A DNA stretch of 56,260 bases from an uncultured virus (IMG/VR IMGVR_UViG_3300006114_000006) (Duplodnaviria > Heunggongvirae > Uroviricota > Caudoviricetes), in the IMG/VR virus record IMGVR_UViG_3300006114_000006; one strand, given 5' to 3'. The number at the start of each line of letters is the position of its first letter. The stretch's first letter is position 1. Below are positions 1-11,600 of the stretch, one piece after another. Under the pieces are notes generated by a model, which worked only from the letters and a program-made list of their open reading frames with translations, was not told the origin of the DNA and did not search any database. The translations under genes were made by a program, and so were the position numbers.

Positions 1-3000
1 CTGCATTTGCATAACTGCTAGATAAACTTACAGTAAAACTGTTGTTTACACCAGTTGTTACATAATATGTGCCTGCTGACATACCGCCTGCGGCTGCCGC
101 AAGAGTAACAGATGTACCTTTAACTAATGTTTGAGCACTACTAAATGTTGCTAAACCACCAGCAGTAATGTATGTGATAGTTTGTCCAGTAGTTGCTGGA
201 GTCAACGATACTGAGAATGTAGCTGTACCGCCCGATGTTGTTACAGTAATTACGTCTGCTGTACCATAGGCAATAGTCTGTGTACCTGCAAGAATTGCTG
301 AACCAACAGTATTAAACGCTACTTGTCCATTGATCTTAGTTACGATATCATCAATCAATGTTTGTGCTTGAACTGTCGAACCTGCACTTGCAATTTGTTT
401 TGCTTTAAATCCAATAAATGTTATTGCACCGGTTGTTGCATTCAATTCTTGGTTTGTATTTGCCACTAATGCCAACGCACTTGCGTTTAAACGATTAAAT
501 GCACGACCGCATGCAATACTATTAAAGTTAGTACCAAATAAAACATCCCAAGCTAATGCCAATGCAATATAACCAGCATCGCGTTGAGTTAATGATTGAC
601 TGATTGGATATGCTTGATAATATTTTTGAACCCAAACTTGAGCATCGCTTGCAATTTCGGTTTGTCTTGCAATTAAATTATTATATGCTGTTTGTAAGTA
701 TTGATTGGTTACTAAGGCATACGCACCGCTTGTTACTGGTGTGAATGTTGACAATGCTGTAAATGTTGTACCAGTATTGCCACTAGTACTCAACGTATAA
801 GTACCTGCACCGTTAGCTGGATAGAATAAGTATGCACCTGTACCGCCAGTTGACGTAAAGTTTTGTGGAGCACCAAACGCATTAACTACGGTAATACTTG
901 TTCCGCTAATATATGATGAGCTAACATAAGATCCAGCTGGAAGGTTAGTACCTGTAATTAATTGTCCTGCCGCAATACCTGTTGCACTTGAAACCACAAA
1001 TGTATTAGTACCAGCTGATCCTCCGCTGGCTAATGTTGTAGCCGCTGTTGCACTTGCAGAACTTGTTAATTGATTAACAATATATGTACCTGCCACAACA
1101 CCTGTACCAGTTAACATAGAACCAATATAAATTCCATTACCTGTTCCTGAAGTAACAGTTAAAGTTGTACCACTCACACTACCGACTAGTGTTAATGTAG
1201 TTGCATTACTTGTAGCATTTTGTAACCAGTAAATTACATCACCAACGCGGCCTGCGGCAAAACTTGCGGCTGCGGCTGAACCTGCTGAACCGCCAGTTGA
1301 CTGCGTTACAGAGTTACCGCTTGTTGCTGTTACACTTGTACCTGTAACTATCTGACTGATAATTGCTTGTAAACGTTGTAGTGCTCCAACAGTTGCGGCA
1401 TTGTATGATGCTAAGATTTGTGGAATTTGTAAACTGTAATAAGAGCTACCATTAATAATACTTTGATTATTACAACCATAAGTCATATCGTACTGTAGGC
1501 CATCTAATACGAAACCGATATCACGTAATGTTTCTGTTTGGTTTGTACCGCCAAATGTTGTCCACACGCTACTATAATATGTATTTAGATATGCGGCAAT
1601 TTCTGCTTTGATAAACAAATAGTTATTTTGAATCTGTGTTATACCGTATCCAAATCCTACTAGATAACTTGTATTGTATCCAGTTAATTGTGGGATAGTG
1701 ATTGCAGGAGTCTTTGGAAGACCGTTATAAATCATATCATTAATTAAACTAACACTTGTGTTAATTTGATTAACTACGGTTGTGCTTCCTACATCGCCTG
1801 CTGGTAATCCAGTAGCTTGGCCACTTACAACTCCGCCACTTACATAAGATGCAGAAGTAGTGGAAGTATAACTCACACTATTAGTTGTTACAGCAGTTAC
1901 AATGTAACTTCCGTTATAACCAGAAGGGTTTACACTAGTTACAGTAATATATTGATTTACGTTAAATGGTGCAGATGTCTGTGATGCAAAAGTTAATGTT
2001 GCAACAGAACCAGTACCGCTTGCACCTGTTACAGTCAAATACTGAGTATTACCCGATGTTGGTGTAATTGCAGTATTTTGTAATAAATTTGGAATTAAAC
2101 TTTGAATACGTGTTAACGAATTGATTGATCTTGTTTTATCATTAATCATATTCAAATTTGGACCTGCTGGTTGAACTACGGTACCACGTAATTCGTCACC
2201 GATAATAGAAGTGTATGATGGAACTACAATTGGTAGTACTTCATTATATGTTCCTGTCTTAACAAAAATAGTTGTGTTTGGTGTAGCCGCTGGCTGTACG
2301 TTTGTTGTATAACCAAGAGTCAGTGGGCTAGTGATAATTGAAATTAAATTAGCTACTCTTGCAACACCAGTAAGTTCTGCTGTATATCCTGTATTGATTT
2401 GTTGTGTTGCTCGTGCAACGTTAACTGTACCGCCACTTACATAAGAAGTAGTTGTTGTGCTTGCATAACTTACACTTGTTAATGTACTTGCAACAACAAT
2501 GTATGTGCCGTTATATCCGCTTGGGTTGACCCCTGCAACTGTAATAAATTGTCCAACAGGATAAACATAAGGTTGTGTTGCAAATGTAATTGTTGCAACT
2601 GCGCCAGTACCGCTAGCACCAGTAATAGTTACACCTGGCCATACTGTACTTTGATAGCTTACTGCGGCCGATGTGTTTGTTAATACATAGTTTGTTGCTA
2701 ATGTATTCAAATAATTCAATGCTGATACAAATGGAGGAATATCATATGCATTCACATTAGTTGCAAAGGTTGTGGAATTTGCAAAATATGCCAATGCATT
2801 AGTTGTTGTTTTGTAGTTGCCGCCACGGCCGATATCAAATAACAAACCATCAATAACTGTTCCGGTATCGCGTTCTGTTTTAGCTTGATTGTAACTGTAA
2901 GTACCGATGTTTGCAGAACCTGTGCCTACTGTAAACAATGTAGGACTTGCCGCAGTTGCGTTAGCATAGGTTGTTGCAATATTAAATGAAGTTGAATTTA

Positions 3001-5632
3001 TCACTTGAGCAACAAAATATGTTGTACCTGCAACAATATTACCTGATGTTTGTGTAAACACAATAGGCATTCCAGAATACATATTGGTGGTCACAGTCTG
3101 TGCTATTGAACTAGTACCGCCTACTGTAATTGTTTGAACTGACGTACCTGTTACGTTAAAACTGTATGAATAATAAACATAGTTGTTGATTTCTTTCAAC
3201 ATGAATTGTTTATTAATAGATAATAATCCTGTGGTATTAGTATTTAAATAACCATTTTCAATTTGATAACACGCATATCTAATAGTTGCCCATGGTTTAT
3301 CAATAGTTGTACCTTGACTGGCTCCTAAGGAATCCACACCAGTAGTTGAACTAACATAAACAATATTATTAATTTGTCCGTAATATGCCCAAGATGGAAT
3401 TGTTCCGCCAACACGTAAAATTTGTCCGTCGGTACCAACTGGTAAACGAGTAGGACCGTTTGTTCCGTAATAGGCTAAATCACCTTGTGTTGTTAACACA
3501 GCACTTTCAGCACCGCTAGCTAATAAATTCCAGTATGTGCCAGTTGTGTCTGCATCTGGACGATTACCAGATGCAGAAGTATGTGCAGACACACAAATAT
3601 AACTGTTTGCACCAAAATAAACTACATCACCTAAAACATAGTTTGATGCAGTAATCCAAGTAACACTATAACCAGTCCATGTAATACCGCTTGATAAGTT
3701 AATTGCACCAGCAGTTACACCTGTTATAGTAATAGTAATATCATTAGCTGGACTGATACCGCCAACTTGTGTTCCTAAAATCTTTAATGTTGTACTTGCA
3801 CTATAACCAGTACCTTGTGATCCAGATTTAACAGTTACCGAATATGTTGTTCCACTTGTTGTTACGTTAAATTGTGCGCCTGAACCTGCGGCTGTTATAT
3901 TTGTTCCGCTTAATCCATTATAAGACTGAGTTGTTCCAGCGTTCCAGCGTATACCTGCATTTAGTCGAGTCCAATATGTACTGAACGGAGGTTGACTTTG
4001 TGTTGTACCAGTTAATGATCCTGTGGCATTAGTTACTGCAAGTGTTGAACCGCCTGAACTTGTAAGCAATGTGATATGTGTACTATCAATGATAGTACCG
4101 ACATAGTATGTTGTACCAGATACAATGTTACCAAAACTTGTACCAGAAAATACAATTGGCAAGTTTGCAACCAAGCTACCTGTTGCTGAAACACTTACAG
4201 AATTACTACCGCTAGATGTTTGATTAGCAATAATAGTTTGCTGTGCATTATCTGCCATGGCCATATATGTATAGCCACCTAAACGAACTACTTGTCCAAT
4301 TTTATAACTTGTAAGACCTGACCAATCACCTTGGAAACTAAAACCTGTACTGAAAACTTGCCAGCTGGCTGTGCCTGTACTAGGTGTGGTAGCTGTGTTA
4401 CTTGCTATTGCAGTATATAAATTTCCGCCGTAAGAAACGATGTCGCCTGTAACATAGTTAGCGGCAACAGTACCAAAGACCGATCCTGTCAATGATCCAG
4501 CCAATGCATACGATACTTGAGTTGTTGTTGGAGTTCCAGTTACGATAAATGTACCATTAAATGAACTTGGTGTAACTCCACTGACTGTTATACTTTGACC
4601 AACTGCAAATGGTATAGCAGATTGTGTAGCAAAAGATAATGTTGCAGTACCGCCTGATGCACTAGCCGCAGTTAATGTGATAGAACCGACCCAAGCATTA
4701 TTTCCGCCTGACACATATTCTAAACCATTAACAAAAACACTAAAGTTTGCTGAGGCAAATGTGCCAGAACTAGTGTGTGCTGTTGTACAAATCCAAAGAC
4801 TTGCACCGTATTTTACAATATCATTAATACGATAATGTGTACTGTTACCGTTCCAAAGTCCTTGATATGCTACTCCTGTATTGAATACAGTCCATGAACT
4901 TTGATTAGCTTCTAATCCAAGTGTAGTTGTATTTGCACTAACATGAGCTGTATTACAAATATAATTTAAACCACCGTAGCTTACTAAGTCATTATATTTG
5001 TAACGTGTATTAATTGTCCATGCACCTGTCCAGTTAAAACTGCTGGCAAATGATGTCCAGTTACTTTGATTAACTTCAAGTCCTAGGGTGCCTGTACCGC
5101 TAACAGTACCCATTACGGTACCAGTCAATGACTGAGCAAGAGCATAACTAACTGTAGTAGCTGTACATGCTGTTACTGTAAATGTTCCGTTAAATCCAGT
5201 TTGTGCTGAAAATCCTGAAACAGTTATACTTGCACCAACTAAAAATGGTTGAATATTTGAACTTAATGCTGTAAATGTAAGTGTTGCTGTAGTACCATTA
5301 GCAGTTGCGGCTGTTGGTGTTATGGTAGCTGTAGAAGAAGCACTAGTATGAGCAGTCGTACATAGATAAACAACTCCGCCATATAATACTTGATCGTTTA
5401 CAAGATAGTATTGATTATTTGTCCAGTTACCAGTCCATCGACTTCCGTCTGCAACTACACTCCAGTACCCTGAACTAAAATCTGTTGCAAAAGTAGCACT
5501 TGCTGTGTTACTTGTTGTACAAATATAAGTTCTGCCGCCGACTGTAACGACGTCATCTACAACATATCCGGTTCCTGTAGTCCATGTACCTTGGTAAACA
5601 AACTTAATTCTACCTAATTTAAACTGTGCCAT
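1..5632 (-). CDS. Giant mosaic virion fibre/appendage protein, >1877 aa, 3' end outside the window; paralogue of 5667..14204
   Basis: Not in the ORF track because it runs off the edge. ATG at 5632 (MAQFKLGRIKFVYQGTWTTGTGYVVDDVVTVGGRTYIC), AGAGGA RBS and TAAATA upstream. Frame was open wherever I translated it, including the window edge (...VSLSSSYANA). Contains W-x-Y-xx-D-x-V-x-YGG-x-Y-x-C repeats (CBM5/12-like), VYVSSTTGVD...PWATIRYA and KTGTYNEVLPIVVPSYTSIIGDELRG (start of a pectin-lyase-like beta-helix), and RD.G..(I/L)D...D helical repeats. Confidence 0.85.
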   Translation of the reverse strand, partial: MAQFKLGRIKFVYQGTWTTGTGYVVDDVVTVGGRTYICTTSNTASATFATDFSSGYWSVVADGSRWTGNWTNNQYYLVNDQVLYGGVVYLCTTAHTSASSTATITPTAATANGTTATLTFTALSSNIQPFLVGASITVSGFSAQTGFNGTFTVTACTATTVSYALAQSLTGTVMGTVSGTGTLGLEVNQSNWTSFASSFNWTGAWTINTRYKYNDLVSYGGLNYICNTAHVSANTTTLGLEANQSSWTVFNTGVAYQGLWNGNSTHYRINDIVKYGASLWICTTAHTSSGTFASANFSVFVNGLEYVSGGNNAWVGSITLTAASASGGTATLSFATQSAIPFAVGQSITVSGVTPSSFNGTFIVTGTPTTTQVSYALAGSLTGSVFGTVAANYVTGDIVSYGGNLYTAIASNTATTPSTGTASWQVFSTGFSFQGDWSGLTSYKIGQVVRLGGYTYMAMADNAQQTIIANQTSSGSNSVSVSATGSLVANLPIVFSGTSFGNIVSGTTYYVGTIIDSTHITLLTSSGGSTLAVTNATGSLTGTTQSQPPFSTYWTRLNAGIRWNAGTTQSYNGLSGTNITAAGSGAQFNVTTSGTTYSVTVKSGSQGTGYSASTTLKILGTQVGGISPANDITITITGVTAGAINLSSGITWTGYSVTWITASNYVLGDVVYFGANSYICVSAHTSASGNRPDADTTGTYWNLLASGAESAVLTTQGDLAYYGTNGPTRLPVGTDGQILRVGGTIPSWAYYGQINNIVYVSSTTGVDSLGASQGTTIDKPWATIRYACYQIENGYLNTNTTGLLSINKQFMLKEINNYVYYSYSFNVTGTSVQTITVGGTSSIAQTVTTNMYSGMPIVFTQTSGNIVAGTTYFVAQVINSTSFNIATTYANATAASPTLFTVGTGSANIGTYSYNQAKTERDTGTVIDGLLFDIGRGGNYKTTTNALAYFANSTTFATNVNAYDIPPFVSALNYLNTLATNYVLTNTSAAVSYQSTVWPGVTITGASGTGAVATITFATQPYVYPVGQFITVAGVNPSGYNGTYIVVASTLTSVSYASTTTTSYVSGGTVNVARATQQINTGYTAELTGVARVANLISIITSPLTLGYTTNVQPAATPNTTIFVKTGTYNEVLPIVVPSYTSIIGDELRGTVVQPAGPNLNMINDKTRSINSLTRIQSLIPNLLQNTAITPTSGNTQYLTVTGASGTGSVATLTFASQTSAPFNVNQYITVTSVNPSGYNGSYIVTAVTTNSVSYTSTTSASYVSGGVVSGQATGLPAGDVGSTTVVNQINTSVSLINDMIYNGLPKTPAITIPQLTGYNTSYLVGFGYGITQIQNNYLFIKAEIAAYLNTYYSSVWTTFGGTNQTETLRDIGFVLDGLQYDMTYGCNNQSIINGSSYYSLQIPQILASYNAATVGALQRLQAIISQIVTGTSVTATSGNSVTQSTGGSAGSAAAASFAAGRVGDVIYWLQNATSNATTLTLVGSVSGTTLTVTSGTGNGIYIGSMLTGTGVVAGTYIVNQLTSSASATAATTLASGGSAGTNTFVVSSATGIAAGQLITGTNLPAGSYVSSSYISGTSITVVNAFGAPQNFTSTGGTGAYLFYPANGAGTYTLSTSGNTGTTFTALSTFTPVTSGAYALVTNQYLQTAYNNLIARQTEIASDAQVWVQKYYQAYPISQSLTQRDAGYIALALAWDVLFGTNFNSIACGRAFNRLNASALALVANTNQELNATTGAITFIGFKAKQIASAGSTVQAQTLIDDIVTKINGQVAFNTVGSAILAGTQTIAYGTADVITVTTSGGTATFSVSLTPATTGQTITYITAGGLATFSSAQTLVKGTSVTLAAAAGGMSAGTYYVTTGVNNSFTVSLSSSYANA

Positions 5633-5658
5633 CTTATTTCATTCCTCTGGTCTATTAA

Positions 5659-5664
5659 TATTTA
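5659..5664 (-). promoter_or_regulatory. Late promoter core TAAATA
   Basis: GATAAATA 27 nt upstream of the ATG at 5632; matches the core of the T4 late consensus TATAAATA. Confidence 0.6.
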
Positions 5665-5666
5665 TC

Positions 5667-8600
5667 TTATTGCTGACTTGAGCTTCTATGTATACTATTG
5701 TTCATAAAGAAGTCTAAAGCTATCATATTTCCGTCTACTCCGTAGGCATCTACATACACTTTATTCAACATTTTAACGGATGATCCTACTTGTCCGTTAG
5801 GAATACTTGAACGAATATACTGTGCGCCACCAACTACAACTGTACCGGCTGTCATTTGTCCGGTATAGGTATTTGATCCACCTTGACTTAAACGACTAGC
5901 CAAGTAAGTTCTAATAGCTCTTTGTGTTGGGATAATACTGTCGCTATTAGCGGTAAATGCGCCATCTGTGCTAAACTGTTGTACAATAGTGGCTGATCCG
6001 CCTACGCTAATACCACCCAAGCTCAATGTACTCAATCCTGTTAATCCAAACTGGCTAGCACTTAATGTAACGATACCCGTTGCTTGTTGAACACCAAACA
6101 AGTTACCAACTTTGAAGTTACCGTCCTGATCTGTTGATGAAAAGAATACACGCCCAAAATTAACTTCAACTGTTTGATTGTTAACAATTAATTCACTGTC
6201 ATTTGTTAATGGATATAATGAGTTTACTATATCCCCAGAACCAATATATAGGAAGTCGTGATTTGTAATACGACATTGACTGTATTTTTGACGAATAGTC
6301 GCTACAGCTCCGTTGACAGGACTTAATGCTAATGTCATTGCTGGACTTATTGAAATGTTTGCTTGAATATTTGGAGCAACTGTTCCATATACTGCGACTG
6401 CACTGGTAATCTTATAAGCCTGTGAATTATTACCGGCAAACTGAATGTTTGATCCCTGACTTGGTAACAAACTTAAATTATTAATAACAATAGTTAATCC
6501 AGTTTGGAATGTATCTGCATATCCGTTACCTGTAATTGCCACCTGTGTTGTTGTATTACTATATCCAGCCCCCTTATTAACAAATGTTGGACCTCCTAAT
6601 GTACCGTTACTTACACGAGGAGTTACTGTAGCCAAACTAGTTACGTTTGGATCTGTAAATGTAATTGTTACGCTTGAAGAAACTGATCCGTTTATGCTAG
6701 AACTAAAAGATCCTGACAACGAATAAGCCACGTATGATGTAGAAGAATTAGTTACAATATAAGTTCCGTTAATAGCCGTAGGAGTAAATCCAGTAACTAC
6801 AATAGTTGAACCTGCAGGGAATGGATTTGTTGTTTGTGTTGCTGAGAAAGTTAATACAGCAGTGCCTGCTCCTACTACGGCAGTAGCAAAAGATGAAATA
6901 GTTTGTGTGACATAACCTGAACCAGGTTCAAATTCGCTTACACCATTTAAAGTATTAGAACTTATACTTGGTCTACCTTTAGCTCTGCAACCAGCTGATA
7001 TTAAACTACCTGTGCTTTGTTGACTTAATGTTGTAAACACTCCAACGTTGGTCGATGTAAAACCAAATGCCAAGGAAGTGTACAGATCATTTGTGACAGT
7101 TCTTGGAGTCCAATCTAAACCATTTTCACTGGTGTATGCAGTTGTGGATCCGTTGTATACTGCTACAAAAACACCTTGTCCGTATTTTACACTACTTGCA
7201 ACTACTGTTTGATTAGACTGATACCATGTTATACCATCAAAACTGTATATAGCTAGTGAACCGTCATTGGCAACTGCTACGAAACGGCCGTTTCCAAATG
7301 CTATACTAGTCCATGCACTGGCGGTTGGCAATGTAGTTGATATCCAAGTTTGGCCGCCGTTAACACTTCTTGCGCCTGTAAGAGATCCAGGACCTATTGC
7401 AACAAAAATATTACTACCGTATGCTAAACTGTTCCAAGTTTGGCTGATTGGTAATCCGTAAGCAGAATTTCCTCCGGATATAGTTCCAAAAATTCCAGAA
7501 CTATATGTTCCAGTTAATGCAAATTGTACTTGGCTAGTTGTACAACCAGTTACTACAAATGTTGTGTTAACAGCATTTACTGTACCGCTTGTTGTAGTAG
7601 GAGTAAATCCAGATAGTGTAATAGTTGAACCAATTGCAAAAGGTGTAATAGGTTGTGTAGCAAAAGCTACGGTAGCTGTACCTGCACTAACAGTAAATCC
7701 AGTTGCGGCTACTGTTGAAATAGTCTGGCCGTTAGTCCAATTTAATCCAAAGTTTGTTGAATACGCACTAGTGGTGCCGCTAGCGCCAATAGCTACAAAG
7801 TTTCCGTTTCCATATGCAATCTGTGTCCACTGAGAATTGCTTGGCATAGTGCTGGTTCTCCAACCAGAACCATTATTGTTTGAATAAATTACGTTGGCAT
7901 TTGAAGAATTTACTGCTACAAAGTAGTTGTTACCAAACGCAATACTTGACCAGCTGGCACTACTTGGTAGTACCATATTCGACCAGTTGCTACCGTCTGT
8001 CGAAGTTGCTCCAACAGCGTTAGCACTTGGTATTGCTACAAACGTATTATTTCCATAAGCTATTGCATTCCAGTATATACCAGATGCTAATGTGATAGTT
8101 GAACCTGCAACTGCTTGTGTAAACCCTGGACTACTAAATGCAGGTCTCGATTCGATAAAATAAACTGATGTAGAGTCAAGACTTGGAACAATTGGAAAAC
8201 CAGATGTTACATGATCCCAGCCTACTGCGGCTAAGTTCATAGTACCACTCTTTGTAGTTGGAACTACTACACCGACACTGTTTATTGCAGTACTGACTGT
8301 AAATGTCCCGCCATTACCAGGTGTTGGTATACTTGCAATATAGTAAGTTGTTCCTGAACTAATTCCGCCAAACAATGTAGTAGAGAATGTACCAGTCATT
8401 GAGCCAATTCCCAAATTAACTGATAATTTCTTGCTAGTTGTTACACCTACCATGCTACTACCAGTAACGGCTGTAAATGTTAAAGGTGTTGGGCAAGTAC
8501 GTAAACTCATACTGCCTGTTCCGGTGGTTACACCAAATACACCGCCTCCAAGTGTTTGACTTATAGTAAATGAAATACCATCGCCTGCCAATGATAAAAT

Positions 8601-11600
8601 ATAATAAACTGTTTCTGCTAAAATATTTCCAAATGTAGTACCTGTGAATATAATAGGTTGTCCTACTATAAATCCTGATGTACTAGATGTCACAACAGTA
8701 TTAGTTGTTCCGTTGGTCGAAGATACTGTTTGGTTTATAATTGATGTAGATATAGTAAAATCTGTTTGGTCTACTATAGAACTAATATAATATTTTGTTG
8801 TATCAGCAATACCACTTCCAGCAATAGCAGGCGCAGTGAATATAATTGGATTTAAAACTTGCAATCCAGTTGTTGATGCACATTGTAGTGTATTGTTTAC
8901 TGTACCTGTGACTGTAATATTAAATGTTGCCGCAGAAATTGTAAAATCATTGCTGTCAATAATATCATTAATATAGTATGTAGTAGCAATACTTAGTCCA
9001 CCGATAGCTGTTCCTGTAAACGCTATAGGATAATTAACAACCATATTTGTAGTACTGGCTTGGATATAACTATTACCCGAAGTAAAACTCATAACCATAG
9101 TTCCTGATCCGCTTGTCAACGGCCAAACAGTTCCAAATGCCTGTGTTGAAATTTGAATCGTTGTAGAACTTAAAATAGCATAGACATAATATTGATATCC
9201 TGCTGTAATGGTACTGAAAATTGCGCCAGATCCTGCTGAAAATATGATAGGCATGTTAACAGTCAAGCCATTTGTACTTGCTAATGTAAGTGTATTAGTT
9301 GTTCCGCCAATAGCTTGAGTTACTGTAGTCTGTGATAAAGAAGTAGATGTTACAGTAGTTGTATAGTATGTTGGAACAAATTGAACTGGCATGTTTAGAT
9401 ATAACAAACTAGTTGTTGAATTTGCTGATAAAGTAAAAGCACTGGTTACTGCACTACTACTTGCAATCTGTAACGGAGTAAATGATTCTTTTAATACGTA
9501 TGCCAATTTGCTTGTAGTATTGTAAGTAGCCATATATCCGTATTGGCCTGCACCTGTACCACTTTGAATAAACACACGCATACCGATATAATTACTTGGT
9601 TGATTAACATCAGACTGAGCCAATACAATGTATTGATTTGTTCCGCCTTGTGCATTATTACCTGCTGTCAAATATCCCGAGCCACCTGATGTAACTAATG
9701 TTTGGAATACACTATTAGATCTTAGTTCATCTCCAATTAATAATGCACCTGTTCCTGATCCAGTTACATTATAATAAGCATACGCACTATATCGGCTTAC
9801 ACCAGTATTTTCAATATAAAAACTTGGAGCAAGTGTAGGTTTAGAAATTTCAACTTGAGCACCATACAAATAATTATAAAGTCCTACAGCGCCATTGATA
9901 CCTTTTGGATATATTCTTAGTTGTAATGTGTTGTTTAGGCCGGCTGTGTCGTTGAACGCAAACCATATTCTATACCAACCAGCAACTAGCGTAACTTGTG
10001 AACCAAATTGTGTTGGTAAATATCCACCGTTAGAATTAGTTGGAGTAATTGTGTTAGTAGTAAAATTATAATTAATTGCACTAGTACGTGTACTAGATCC
10101 AGAATAGATTGCTTGGATATCAAGCTGTGTTGCAGTTCCTTGATATACATAAACACTAGCAGTATAACTTTGTGTACTGCCTGTTGGAACAATTCCAGTT
10201 GCAACTACCGAAGAAATAACATTACCTGTTACAGTATTAACTGTGATATTACAATTATTAAGACCAGATAGTCCTCCTAACAATGCACCTGAAATTGTAA
10301 GTGTATTGCCTGCGGCGTATCCGGTTCCTCCGTAGTTTACAGAAACAGTATATCCTGTGCTAGTAACTACTACGTTAAATGTTGCTCCGCCACCAGTACC
10401 CGTATTTGTTGTAGATGGAAGATTAGTATAACTTGCTCCAGCTGGATTTAATGTTATATTTTGATAGATGTAGCCAGTACCAGTACCACCAGTACCAATC
10501 ATTGTGTATGCTTCAATGTTGCCGGTCGGAGCGGCAAAAGTTTTGTCAAAAATAATATTTCCGTCAGATACCCAATTTGGTCCAAGATAGTTATTACTAT
10601 AGTACAACATATTTGTCGATGTTGTATTATATGCACTACCTGCATTTGCATAATTTAATTTAATCAATTGGGCTGCCGCACCTAAACTACTTTGCACACT
10701 TGCCTGTACTTGGCTCGATTGATTATAAACTGTGCCGGTGATAGGAACTTCAGTGGTATCAAATCCGCTACTAATAACACCATAGTTACCGTATGAACTA
10801 TTACCGTTGGCCGCACGGATACGACCGCCTGCTTCAGCAAAATAACCAGTATATCCAAAATAACAGAACACACTAATACACTCGGTCAATGCTCCGGGGC
10901 CTGTACACCAAATGCCTACGCCATCTTGAATAACTTGTGTAAAGTCGTTACTTGTAAATGATTTGTAACCGCCGTTATGCAAAGTTCCATCGATTTTATT
11001 ACCTGTACATCCGTTACCAAATGTTGTAATATTTTCCATAAATGGACTACGACGAATAATCCAAGCTGTCGAATCGTTAGGACCTTGTCCTGGATCTAAT
11101 GCTGTATAAGCACCACCACTTGGATGCTGAATATTATTTGCATCTGGTGCCAACAATGTTCCTTGTAGACCTGACAATGTCATATTACGAACGCTAGTAC
11201 CATTGCGGCAACGGAACATGTCTTTTAAACAATCTCCTGCATATACTGTCATAGTACCTGTTGCAGATGTTAAAGATAATGTTGCACCAGTAGATGTCAA
11301 ATATACATTGCTTGCAGTTACAGTCGTTGGTAAACTAATTGAAATAGAATTCAAACTAGAATTGCTAGGAGCAATAGTTATACCTGTAATTGTTGTACCT
11401 GTTTGTATACCAGGACCTGTAATTGTAGCACCAACCACAAGGCCGATAATATTTGAAACATCTGTTAATACCTGACTACTAGCAGTTGTTGTTGCAATAA
11501 ATTGTGTGGTGGGACTCAATGCTACACTAAATTGGTTTGATGTAATTGTCGACCCAATTACATAATATGTCTGGCCTGGAGTAATTCCACCAAACCCAGT